In this document: in pieces, positions 25,170 to 36,952 of the stretch
Numbering within the stretch: position 1 is the stretch's first letter
How the letters are laid out: each line of letters starts with the position of its first letter
Source: Euprymna scolopes
Lineage: Eukaryota
Length of the DNA: 64,000 nt
Assembly: GCA_053919585.1 (NCBI GenBank)
Contig: CM132821.1
Direction: 5' to 3' (one strand)
Position numbers and translations under genes: made by a program
The notes under the pieces: generated by a model
Database searches by the model: none
Seen by the model: the letters and a program-made list of their open reading frames with translations, nothing else
Told to the model about the DNA's origin: nothing

Positions 25170-27624
25170 TTAAAACAAGCATTCTCTTATATATTATTCA
25201 ATGTCCATAATGTGGAATGGTTGACCCACTCAAATAAGACAGATGATGAGGGAAGGTTCTGTCATGATTTTTCCATTGCCTATGACCTCACTCAGATTGT
25301 TCACGAACCAACCCGTATGTCTGATACTACCGGTCAGTATGCAAGCTTTCTAGACCTTTTTCTCACAACTTCCTCTGAACTATGTCCATGTTCCGTTCTA
25401 TCTCCCCTGGGATCCTCCCACCACTCCGATAAAAATTAAATGTAAGTCTTCAGACGTACCTCTCCACCGTACTGTATACCGATACTCTATGGCTGACTGG
25501 GATAGCTTTCATACACTCATATCTGATCTATCTCTGCATTCCATGTTTAAAAAGGAGGTGTCCTCTATAGTATCAGACCTGACCGAATGGTTAATTGTAG
25601 GCATAGACCGATTCATACCATCCAAAGAATTCCAGCAAAAACCTAACAGCCAGCCATGGTTCTCCCCTGAATGTGCTGCTGCCATCGCACACAGAAATCA
25701 CTTTTTCCATAGCTACCAACGTAACAGATAGACTGAGACTAAAGCTGCTTTCAGGACTGCCAGCAACCACTGTAAAAGAGTAATAAAAAAAATGCAAGCA
25801 AGCTATATGCTCAGTCTGTTAAATCCAAAGTAGCTGAGCAGCGGCTTGATTCCCACCAGTTTTGGCAAATTGCAAACAGGATCCTGAACCGAAGTGTGTG
25901 TTCTATCCCAAGCATAAGCATAATCAATGGACCTGAGGTCATCTCGTCAGCATCAGACAAGGCCAAACTATTTGCCAAGAACTTTGCAGCTAATTCTACC
26001 CATACGACAAGAGCATCAACTCCCCGTATTTCCACCTATAACACAGAACACGTTATGCAACACACAAATATCTGTGCGTGAGGTCGCCAAGCTAATCAAG
26101 AATCTTGATTCCAGTAAAGCAACTGGCCCAGACGGCATTCCAATTATAGTGTTGAAAAACTTGCTCCTATACTTACAAAACTGTTTAAGCGTTGCCTTAA
26201 GAATTCAGGTGATAAGTCGTCTCCCTCTCTGTCATGAGTAAGCAGCTGGAATCCATATTAAATAAGTCAATCACTTCAGCAGAAATAATCTTTTCAGTGA
26301 CATGCAATGTGGTTTCCGTTCTGCTAGATCTACAGCAGATGTGCTAACGGTTATATCTCATAGGATTAGTGAATCTCTCGACAAAGGCTTCCTTTCTACG
26401 GCAATTGCTCTTGACATATCAAAGGCCTTCGATAAGGTATGGTATAAAGGACTACTTCACAAGATTTCCAGCTATGGAAATGTTTTCTCTCTCATTAAAT
26501 CGTTTCTCTCTGATAGGCTCATAAGAGTAGTGGTTGATGGGCAGAAATCAGAGGCCCTCAGTATTAATGCTGGAGTCCCTCAGGGGTCCATACTGGGCCC
26601 AACTCTCTCCCTGATCTACATCAATGATCTCCCAAAACACATACTTAAATCATTCGTTGACATCTATGCTGATGACATGACCATCTATGGCAACACATCA
26701 AAGGCCATAAATGACAAAGTTCTCTCTAATTCTCTCTCCTTTGATCTCGAGCGCGTGTTTCAGTGGGGGAAGAGGTGGTTGGTTACTTTTAATGCATCTA
26801 AAACCAAGCTACTATCTTTACATCATCAACGCTCTGATCCCCATCTGGCATCAATTGAAATGGATGGCTCTCGTCTTGGGGAGGCTCTATGTTTTGGCAA
26901 GCTTCTGGGTTTGACCTTTACTCCTGATCTGAAATGGAACACGTACATCAAGTCTGTTGCCAAGGTCGCTGGGAAAATGGTGGGATTCTTCTACCGCTCC
27001 AGAAGATATCTCACTACTGATGCAATTCTCTATCTGTATAAAAACCAGGTACGTCCAAGGATGGAGTACTGCTGCCACATCTGGGCTGGAGCTGCTAAAA
27101 ACAGCCTATCCTGCCTTGACAGAGTACAAAATAGACTTTGTGGCTTAGTGGGGGATGCCCTTTTCTCTTCCCTGCAACCTCTCTCCCTCAAAAGAGATGT
27201 TGCGAGCCTGTCTTTGTTTTATTGCTATTTCCATGGCAATCATCCGAGCTCCAATCTCTGCCCCCCCCTTTCATGATAAACACCCGTCTAGCTGAAACCA
27301 CTGTCAGTAATTTTTCCCACTCTTTATCTGTGCCTAAATCAAAACGTAGATTCCATGAACAAAGTTTCTTTCTAAGAAGTGCACGCCTGTGAAACTCTTC
27401 CGTTTGCCTGTTTCCCACCTGACTACAACTTGGATGTCTTCAAGTCCAACATAAACAAATTCCTGATGAATCGCCCCCTTAAGTAAGACACTTTATCAAA
27501 TCTCCAATACTAAGGATTACTATGATATTATCCCATTGATTACTGTACACGCAATAACCCTTATCCCCGATTGGCTTCCAGGCCTTGATAAGAGGTGACT
27601 ATGTAAACAAAAAAAAGAAAAAAA
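25170..27624 (+). mobile_element. CR1/L2-group LINE subfamily B, APE-RT ORF2 pseudogene with 3' UTR and A-tail
   Basis: APE remnants (NVHNVEWL, LTQIVHEPTR, LDLFLT, LGSSHH). RT motifs KATGPDGIP, QCGFRSARST, LDISKAFDKVW, GVPQGSILGP, YADD and MEYCCHIWAGA (ORF 26302-27276). Multiple frameshifts. Confidence 0.92.
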
Positions 27625-27629
27625 TTCAT

Positions 27630-27933
27630 TATTGAGATGAGTGTTATTTATTGTGGATATTACCCTAATCTTTTTTAGTTGTTGTTCTTTCACGACGTTT
27701 CGGCCAATTATTCCTCTGGCCTTTGTCAGGTGGTAACCACGATGGGATAGAAACTCCGGATCTCCTAACTGCATCCTCAGCAATTGCAGTTAGGAGATCC
27801 AGAGTTTCTTCCCCGTTATGGTTACCACCTGATGAAGGCCAGAGGAATAATTGTTCGAAACGTCGTGAAACAACAACTAAAACAGATGAGGATAATAGTC
27901 CGCAATAAATAGATTAATGCATTCTCTTGATAA
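27630..27933. mobile_element. Fold-back family H1: ~300-bp near-perfect palindrome with a hammerhead core on each arm
   Basis: Arms 27646-27773 and 27785-27910 are reverse complements around an ~11-nt loop (tcctcagcaat). Confidence 0.9.
27821..27871 (+). ncRNA. Minimal type I hammerhead ribozyme motif (right arm; mirror copy 27691-27732 on minus strand)
   Basis: cac CUGAUGA a ggcca-gaggaauaau-uguuc GAAAC GUC gug. Stem I is cac/gug. The left-arm copy has a perfect ggcca/uggcc stem II but CUGACAA in the core. Confidence 0.65.
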
Positions 27934-28403
27934 CAAAATAAAGACGTTTTCAAAAGTCCTTTTCAGTGAATTTTTTTCCATCCAATTAAGTTCAAAATTA
28001 TAAAAGAAACTAAGATAATTATGATACGATGATAAAGCCGACATTACGAAAGGAATTAACATTATTTTCCCAGAATGTATTTTTTAATACTAGTTTTTCA
28101 AGTTTACTTAAAGAACTAAAAAGATTTTTCGTCGATCTGTTGAGTTTATTGTTTGTGTTTAATTTGATGGGAAAAAATCACCGAAGAAACCTTTAAAAAA
28201 TATTGAGTTAATTATCAAGAAAAGGTAAACTTTAAAACAATTGGACGAATTAAAAAGTTGTTAAAACAAATTCAGAACATTTATCGAATTGCTATTTTAT
28301 ATTAATCGTTTGATAATAAAATATTTTATTATTACATTATACATTACTGTATTTTCAGCACCAGTAATTGATACACTATTCAGCTATTAACTCAACTTTT
28401 GTG

Positions 28404-28468
<65 letters not shown>

Positions 28469-29138
28469 TGGTGGGTTGCATTCCAATGATCAAAGGAAAA
28501 AGTCGGTCTACAATTATAATTTTTGTTTATTTTTTTTAAATTTCGGTAAATGCCTGAATTTTCTTCTTTACTGTCTTATGCACATTTTGCAGGCCATAAT
28601 GAAAAACGTTGTGTTTAGTCTGTCTGGCTGCTCGTCAGAGACGATCAAATATCAATAAAAACTGACACAGAATTACAAAACAAAATAAAAGAAAAGAAAG
28701 ACGCCTAAGAAAGATGAGAATACAATATTTAAGACTAAAGAAAATAGCTTTGAAGCATGTGGACTGTTTAATATATTTGAATACTCGATTTTCAGTGGGA
28801 AAAAAAACTCATGTTTGTAGTTAGATTTTTTTAATAGGCACATTCATTTGCATATGAGAAGTAGTACTAAAAGAAGGACGAATTGAGGAAGACAGGCAGT
28901 TGAACTTTTGACAGCTGAGAAAGAATATTAGAGTTGAGATTTGCCGCTGATCATTGCATGTGTTGTTAAAGACGAATTTCATTACGAGGAAATTATTATT
29001 AAATTATTATTAAATATTAAATATTATTAAATTATTATTAAATATTAGTATTATTACTTTAAGCTTAAATGTATGACTCATCACAATTTAAATAATAATG
29101 CTCCAAGATATTTCATGCCCAATAATGTCGTTTTTTGA

Positions 29139-29179
<41 letters not shown>

Positions 29180-29469
29180 GTGTGTGTATCTGATAAAAAA
29201 CGTGATATTATACGAAACTATCAAAGAAACCACTCTATACTTGTATTTACAAACACACGTTCATATATGTGGCGAATTCTCCATTTTAGGAATTTTGGGA
29301 GACTATGTAGTCATCCTTGAGTCCTCTTCTATTAGGTCGATTTTAACTCTAAGAAATAGAATCTGCTAGGGCCCCATTCACAAATAAAATGCCAACTACC
29401 GTTTAAAAAAATACTCAATGAATGTTAAGGCTACTATGGCAATGAATACTAGTGCCCCTAATTGTACTG

Positions 29470-29670
29470 TTGGCAAAAACAAAACTAAGAAGCAGAAGAT
29501 AAGGAAATACCAAGGTCTCATTTATGACATGAAAAGAAACTGGAATCTTAGGAAGATGTCCATCATTCCAGTAATTATAGGAGCAACTGAACTCATGAAA
29601 AAGAATTTTAAAACCTACTCGGCGAATATACCCGCTGAACCAAGTGCAAGAAAGGTACAAACAATTTTGT
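29470..29670 (+). pseudogene. RLE-type non-LTR retrotransposon (R4/Dong-like) C-terminal fragment
   Basis: KIRKYQGLIYDMKRNWNLRKMSIIPVIIGA. Closely similar to 30795-31127 on the opposite strand. Confidence 0.7.
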
Positions 29671-30794
29671 GTGAGTTACACTTTATTTTTAAAAAAAATT
29701 AATGAAAATCGCTTAGGACAAAGCATGAAGATACTTGATGTAAAGATTTGTATAAAAATACTTGAAAATCAAAAACTAAAAAATCAAACCAAATGAGTTT
29801 TAGATGGATACATTCTGATAAAAAAAAACAGCAATTCTTTCCTCTTTGTCAAAAAGATCACTTATGGAATGTGAAAACTAAAGGACAAAAATAAGGGAAA
29901 CGAGAGTTATGAATCCTATCCTTATAGTTATGATCATAAAAAATATTTCTCGGTTGGAATCTCTGAAATAGCAGGTGAATGTCTTGTATCCAACAGAATG
30001 CCCCATCCTCAACACAAAGAAAAAAAAACATGCATTATCATAGGAGCCTTGCCATAGGCGTTACTCTACATTAAAATAAAAAATAAGTTGAATTAGTTTG
30101 TTGTCTTCACTTTTTCAAGAAGTATTATTCAATTATGACTTTTTTGTGTGTGTGCGCAACAAAAACGAAACAATAGAAACAAATATCGACACTTCATGGC
30201 CATCACCATTACAGACGTAGAAATTTAACATTTGGATTTAGAATTTCTGAATGGAGGCAAGTCTTTAAAAAAAAACCTCTGCTGAATTTATTGTAAGTGC
30301 TAACAATTCACTGGCAATTGCACCGAGAATAACCATAGTTATGATTAAGTATGAATTCTATAAAAAAACAAAAACAAAAAAAAACACACACACATTGAAA
30401 TATGAATTTACCTTTGTTTATTCAAAGTTGCATGTCTCTTCATTTATAGGAATTCGTCAAATCTTATCAATTAATTCATTTTGGTTCTTATTATTTGGTA
30501 TGTAAAAGATAAAAAAAACAAAACATCTAACTAATCTCGCAGAAGAATTTTCATTGTCTTTAACTGCTATATTGATTAGCTTCGAGAAATTTCACATTGC
30601 TTTCAGTGAAAAAGAATAAATAAATAAACAAAAAACAGTTGCATGATCATCTGGCCTTTAATAAAGGTGGCCATGGCCAAAACCTGTCATTTTTTTTTTT
30701 AATTATATAATTTTGTTATATCTGGGGATACGGTATCCTACCGGATGTCAATCATTCACCCACTATCTCATGCATTCCAATCAAAAAATTGTTT

Positions 30795-31127
30795 TTAAGA
30801 TTGTAAGCGTTCCTTTAAATGTTTAAATGCAATTGTTTGTATCTCTCTTGCACATGGTTCACCGGATATATTTGCTAGATAGTTTTTGAAATTCTTTTTC
30901 ATGAGTTCAGTTATAATTACTGGAACGATGAAAATCTTCCTAAGATTCCAATTTCTTTTCATGTCGTACATAGGACCTTGGTATTTCGTTATCTTTTCCC
31001 TCTCAGCTCTGTCTAAACCAGCACCACCGGGAACATTAACTTCTACTAAGGTTGCTTCTTTCTTCTTGTCCCACATCACTATGTCAGGTTTTTGACGGTA
31101 TTTTAATACCTCAGATGTTAAAGCCAA
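30795..31127 (-). pseudogene. RLE-type non-LTR retrotransposon (R4/Dong-like) endonuclease fragment
   Basis: KPDIVMWDKKKEATLVEVNVP...EKITKYQ...IFIVPVII is the PD-(D/E)xK restriction-like endonuclease signature with KxxKY. Confidence 0.75.
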
Positions 31128-31129
31128 AG

Positions 31130-31187
<58 letters not shown>

Positions 31188-31469
31188 AACAAACGGAGGA
31201 GGAAGGCCTTTTCTATTTTTTTAACATCCCAGCTGTAATTTTTACAGAAACACTCATATCATCACAACGTTATCAACGAGACGCCCCACCCTCGTCCGAT
31301 GTTTTGTTAGTACCATAGGAAACCAAAAACCACTGACCCAAATTTCGTAGGCAGCTTCTTCATCCCGATGAGATGATGAGGACAGTCATTGCACAGAGAA
31401 GTGATTGTATTTACTTCCTTCCCAACGCAGGAAGAAAAGGCATAAAGTCGGCAAGATGGAAGATAGATC

Positions 31470-31640
31470 GTCTCGGACAGGATATAGAAAAGAATTGTTA
31501 ATCTAATAGGTTCCGCACTGTGTGCCAAGTTTCAGCCCCTGTCCCATCGCCACAGTGTTGCATGCATGTGCTTGTTTTACAAATACTACCACAGAATGTG
31601 CTCCAGCGAACTTACTGCATTTATATCCACCTCAATAGAA
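31470..31640 (+). mobile_element. CR1/L2-group LINE subfamily A fragment
   Basis: aatctaataggttcc...ttcagcccctgtcccatcg...ttgttttacaaatac matches 9740-9860 and 14040-14130. Confidence 0.6.
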
Positions 31641-32354
31641 ATATCCCACCTCATCCGTTTCATTTTCCTTCAATCAAAGTTCCCAGAAATCAAGGGGCTC
31701 CCCTACCTGGGTCTAACACTTGATCTACAAGATACATAAATATTCGAATGTTCCATGAAAGTTGTTTATCTGACAAACACTGAGTTTGTAAAGAAGATGA
31801 GAACATTATTTCTCTCAATTGACCATTTTATATAGTTATAGTATATCTTTTTTTGGTCTCTTGGTGTTACTGGATTCCAGAACAAGAATTCATCTAGTCT
31901 GGTGGAATATTCAGCTTCGTGTTGTTACTTTACATAAAATCACTTGTTTGAGCTGCGAATACTGTATGATTTTGAATATTTAATCAAAAGTTTACTTGTA
32001 GGGAAAAGTATCCTTAAGCCAGGTTGTCCCAACAAACCTCCGTACAAAGAGATCTTAGACACTCGAGGATAGTGTCCAGTAGGCATTCAAGTTCTCTCTC
32101 CACATTACTATAGAAACTCCTATGTGCTGGAAGATTTTATATTCTGATAAATTCTTTCTTTGAATAGTTTGTCTTAGAAATTCCTTCCTTACCCTGTTTC
32201 CCCGACTGCACCAACATGCAGAAATTTAAATATAATGTGAACTCGTTGCTCAACTCCCCATCCAGGTTGCTCTTTTATAAATATGGTCTGTTACAATAGT
32301 CCCTTGAATGGGGTCAATAAAATAAAACAAACCGCCGACTAGAAAGATTGGTAT

Positions 32355-32430
32355 TCCCCAGCAGAGGTGCCTCAGATGATTAGCAATAAACCAACATCCC
32401 GATGAAATATGATAATACCTGAGAGGATAC
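32355..32430 (+). repeat. Dispersed structured repeat, partial copy
   Basis: ctcagatgattagcaataaacc...cctgagaggat matches 53731-53781. Confidence 0.55.
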
Positions 32431-34350
32431 AAGTGTACAGGCAATATATCGAATCGGAATTTAACTATTTGCCGATCCCGATAGTGTGTGTCATACTTTA
32501 ATAAGCCTCTCCCATTATCACCAGTGGTGTTGCCTCACCTCATGTAGTAGGAATAACATTTACCGTGTAGAAAAGGAATTTTGTGATTACACCTGTTTTT
32601 TAGTTACTCTCCCCCCCTAAAAAAAACAACAAAAAAACAAGATTCATTAGTTAAACATTGACGGACCCTTTCACTCACCACGGGTTAGGGTTTCTGAATT
32701 GTGCGTGCTTCTCTCTCGTCAGTCCCACATTCTGTAGATTGAAACAACAAAATGGAAAGAGGATTGTTTGTATGCGTTTCACAGAGAAATTGCCAATCAG
32801 CGTGATATGTTAAAAAGCGAGAAAATGTACTTTATTGTTAAAAATAAATCGCTTTTATGCGATACAAACAGAAGCATTCAATAGAAACCTAAATACATTT
32901 AAGTGTGTGTGTGTGTGTGTGTATAATTTTTCTATTTTTCGATTTTTATATTCTGTTTTTCTTTGAGAATTGAGAAATTTTAAGACTTTANNNNNNNNNN
33001 NNNNNNNNNNNNNNNNNNNNNNNNNNNNNNNNNNNNNNNNNNNNNNNNNNNNNNNNNNNNNNNNNNNNNNNNNNNNNNNNNNNNNNNNNNNNNNNNNNNN
33101 NNNNNNNNNNNNNNNNNNNNNNNNNNNNNNNNNNNNNNNNNAAACTATTAAAAAAAATAAAATTTTTTAACTTGTTTTATTTTTTAGTCATTCGTTGGAA
33201 AATTATTTTGTCAGTCATTTAATCTCCTGCAATCGCTGAATCAACTTGCTTTTTTGAATTCACAATAGTCCTAAGTCTTCAGGGACCATCAGTTGTTTAC
33301 CATGAAACATTGTTTCAAGGTGTTAGTTAGTTAGTTAGTTAGTTAAAATCACCTCTCTTCCAATTTTTTCAATTTTCCGTCGAATCATAAGGCAGCAAGC
33401 ACGTTCATGTGACGTCAGACTTAAAAGAACTCACTATTTCCAAGACGTCAATAATGTTAATTCCACGGCGCCAGAATTAGCGTCACAAGATAAAATTGTG
33501 TTACGTTAATCATTTTAAAATATTATTACAGGTTTTATACGTAATGTGACCCCCGCCCCCAAATGCGATGAAATTTATGCATCGATTAAAACAATAATCA
33601 ATTTATATTGAACAGTTCTATGTCAATGCGTGTAAGACCGAGAGCGTCCACCCATCCATCTATACGTGTGAGATTGTGTACGTGTGTGAATAGAGGTTGA
33701 GAGATAATGTCTATGTGTGTGAGGTAGGCAGATAGAGAGTGCATGTCTGTATGTGTGTGATGAGGAAAAGAGTATGTGTGTATGTCTGTGTGTTATGCGC
33801 GCATAGGCCAATTTGGTTTGCGTCACATAAGCCTCTACAGTCTTTGTCAGCACTATTTCATGGCAAATTAATAAGACCTCTCCTCTTTTGTTCCTCACAA
33901 AATGTCAACTAAGACAAAGTCAACACATAAATATCTGTCTGACGAGGCGCTGATGTTTGTGGTTGGTTGTGGCTAAAGAGGGGAGGGTGGGGAACAAGGA
34001 TGGTATTATGTCCCACCGCAGCCGACAAAGAATGCCATTTTCAGATCTTGACTATCCTAAAGAAAAGTCGGAAAACGCAACAAATCCCCATCATCCTTCA
34101 AAGTTGTGTTAATTTTTTTTTCTGCAAAAATCTTCGATTACAATCGATTAAGAGATTACATCAATCTACTCTCTAGCTTTTGTTGTCTTGTTTGTTTCCA
34201 TGCATACTGGATGACGTCACTTATTAAAAATGGTTGCAAACATCGAGGACACCTTTAATCATAGTTAATGAATAACCAAAAGTATAACTCGATCGAATAA
34301 AATAGAGAACAGACAACTCGTGACACTTGGTCGTCTATGTGAACAGTGAT

Positions 34351-34401
<51 letters not shown>

Positions 34402-34536
34402 AGTCAACGGCATTCTCTATATAGAAAAAAATCGAATTATGGCAATGGGATGATTGCTAAAATCGTGGAATCAGCAGCAGCATACGAACGGTAAAAACTC
34501 GCCTTATTTCACAAAGATGATTCAAATTTTTAAATA

Positions 34537-34942
34537 CAGTAGAACCCGGGGTTATGGTGGTCCTAGGATTTTTTTCAGGTCACGATGTGGAATACGATGG
34601 TTACCGTATTTGCCCCGCCTTACGGTGTTATTTATAATGTTATCTGATTATATATATGTGTATTATATATTTTACTGGGTACTAGTGTACTTATTGATCC
34701 GTGCTGAAATAATAACGTCATTATTTAAATAGTCATTATCAACATGGGGAGGGAAGGGCGTTTTTTTTTTTTTTTTTTTTAACTATTCTATACTTTAACC
34801 TTACAATTGAATAAAAAACATATCAAAACTTTAATTAAACTTGGAAATACGATTTAAAAAATAGCTCGGATGAGTAAGTGCACTAGCACCCTTTACTGTA
34901 TTTTGTTACTAATTTTTAATGCCGTATCCCGGGGTTCTACTG
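34537..34942. mobile_element. pogo/Tigger-like MITE (TA TSD)
   Basis: TA|CAGTAGAACCCGGGGTTATGG ... CCGTATCCCGGGGTTCTACTG|TA. Confidence 0.8.
34678..34890. mobile_element. Merlin-like MITE nested in the pogo-like MITE
   Basis: TIR GGTACTAGTGTACTTATTGATCCGTGCT / AGCTCGGATGAGTAAGTGCACTAGCACC. Flanks ttttactg / ctttactg match 7/8 (8-bp TSD). A second left end occurs at 45099-45150. Confidence 0.65.
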
Positions 34943-35385
34943 TAAAACGAAACTATTATCATGAAAGTATGTCATGGTTGTATTACTTTATCTATTTATG
35001 TATTTACTTTATCTTTATCTTTTTTTTTTGTTTGGTTTTTTTCTGGAACAAAACTATTAATGAGACAACAAGTTTGTTTTATTTTGTTTGTTAAATTTTA
35101 TCTAAAAAAATGTAAAATATTGAAGCTACAGAAGAAATCTTTCCGATAATCAAACTTAATTCGATAAAATATGAAGAAAAAACTCTCAGAAACATGTGTA
35201 TAGCATTATATTTTGTACGATTTATTCTTTTGGAGTGTGATTTAAATATTTTTTCAATACATATTGAATTTATTCATAAAACATTTTAAAAAATAATAGA
35301 ATTATCTGCTTAATTATACCATTTTATTTTCATGTATAACAATTTTTGTGTAAGTTAAAAAATATAATGTATGTTCCATATGTAT

Positions 35386-35432
35386 CACGAACGTTTTCGA
35401 TTCTTCATCAAATCATCATCATCATCAGGTAA
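35386..35432 (-). ncRNA. Hammerhead motif in the Penelope 3' repeat, with a (TGA) slippage expansion
   Basis: uac CUGAUGA (ugauga)u GAUU-ugaugaag-AAUC GAAAACGUUC gug. It has a palindromic AACGUU stem III and lies on the same strand, 3' of the GIY-YIG fragment. Confidence 0.55.
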
Positions 35433-35639
35433 AAAAAACTTCTAATTAATAAAAAAGTTGGAAATAAGAGAGTTTCAAAAGATGGCTGAGAAACAAGCGC
35501 GTGAAGCCAGTTAGACACTAAGAGAACGTTCTCACGCTGTTCCAGGAGAGATATTAACAATTTAAATTCCACAACACTAAAATTAGTGTAACAAAATAAA
35601 AAACTGTATGGTTTCAGAAGGTATTTTAGTGTTATTAAC

Positions 35640-36140
35640 TAAAAGTTGTCTGAAATCAAATATGGTAATTATATTTTTGTATATCTTGGTAAATTGAGCT
35701 AGAATTTACAAGATGCATGGTGAGGCGGTGGATACGGTAGTGGTTGTAAAACAACGTAGCTTTTAGCTTTATTCTTGTTATGGGAATTACATTCTCCCAA
35801 AAGGGCATTTAAACTTATCAATAACATTAGTTCTTTCTAATGTTTTAAGAGTTGGGAGGAGTTGTTTTTTTTAAATCTAAGATTGTGAGTCTTACATTTC
35901 TTATAAGAAATAATAAGTTTAATTTTATTATTGTTAATTGGGGATATGTATGTGTGTACAATATTTTTTATGTTTTTTTTTTCTTCTTCTAATTTCCAAT
36001 TGCATTTGGATACATAAGCACGTGTTAAGATATTCTTAAATTGGATATAGTTGGATATTATTTGTAGCGACTCTTTTGTGAATCGGTATTTAATTTTAAT
36101 AACTTGCATAGGATTAGTTTTACTCGCTCGGTCTATATAT
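35640..36140 (-). pseudogene. Penelope-like element linker plus GIY-YIG endonuclease fragment
   Basis: KIKLIISYKKCKTHNL.FKKNNS, then with frameshifts RTNVIDKFKCPFG-ECNSH...SYV.FTTTTVS-RLTMHL..SSI. Same family type as 10-425. Confidence 0.75.
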
Positions 36141-36304
36141 ATATATAACAAAATAAAATGATGAAAAATAAAAATTAACATTATTAAAAAAAGAAATATA
36201 ACGAAAGATTCTCCTTATTTCATGGAATAATGTAAAACGGTATTTTTCATCATTTCATTTTGTTTTATAGTAATGTTCTATTTATGAAATGGAGCATCGC
36301 TTTA

Positions 36305-36354
<50 letters not shown>

Positions 36355-36898
36355 GCCATCCTAACAACATCCATCATTCATTTGAATATATCTTGGAGGA
36401 AGAGGGGGGGGGGCTTTTCTATGAATATTATCTTTTAGTAAGTTTTCTGGATTTCTGTCTTCCTGAATTTGGATTTACTTCATAGTTTTTGTTTGTCAAT
36501 TTAGTGCAATTTGTAATAATATCTGTTTGCCTCTGATGAGTTGTTTGATGTCACAATGTGCCATATCTCCCATCATTACAACGAAACAAGTGGTAGGAAC
36601 TTATGAAAAAAAAACTAAGTAAAATAATTAAAAAATAATAACAATAAATAAATAAATACACAAATGCTGTGATTTTGAACTAATTTTGGGTCTTTGGAAT
36701 GGAACTCACAATGGTTAAAAGACTGATGATCCCTAAAAACGTAGGACTATTATTAGTTCAAGAAACCAGGTTTTTTTTCAGCGATTGCAGGAGATTAAAT
36801 GACTTACTGATAAAATAATTTTCCAATAAAGGACTCAACATTAAATTTTTATGAAAAAAATATTTTTATCTAGTTTTTAAGCTTAAAAAGCTTCCAAG

Positions 36899-36952
<54 letters not shown>

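Larger units (their letters stand above)
33145..36880. repeat. Inverted repeat pair (~33170-33305 and ~36708-36850) bracketing ~3.4 kb
   Basis: ttggaaaattattttgtcagtcatttaatctcctgcaatcgctgaa / ttcagcgattgcaggagattaaatgacttactgataaaataattttccaa, plus adjacent complementary sequence. Confidence 0.75.

Noticed and set aside
33400-34230. Cluster of TGACGTCA and CCAAT-like motifs as a promoter or enhancer
   Set aside because: Short motifs like these arise by chance and no linked exon was identified.
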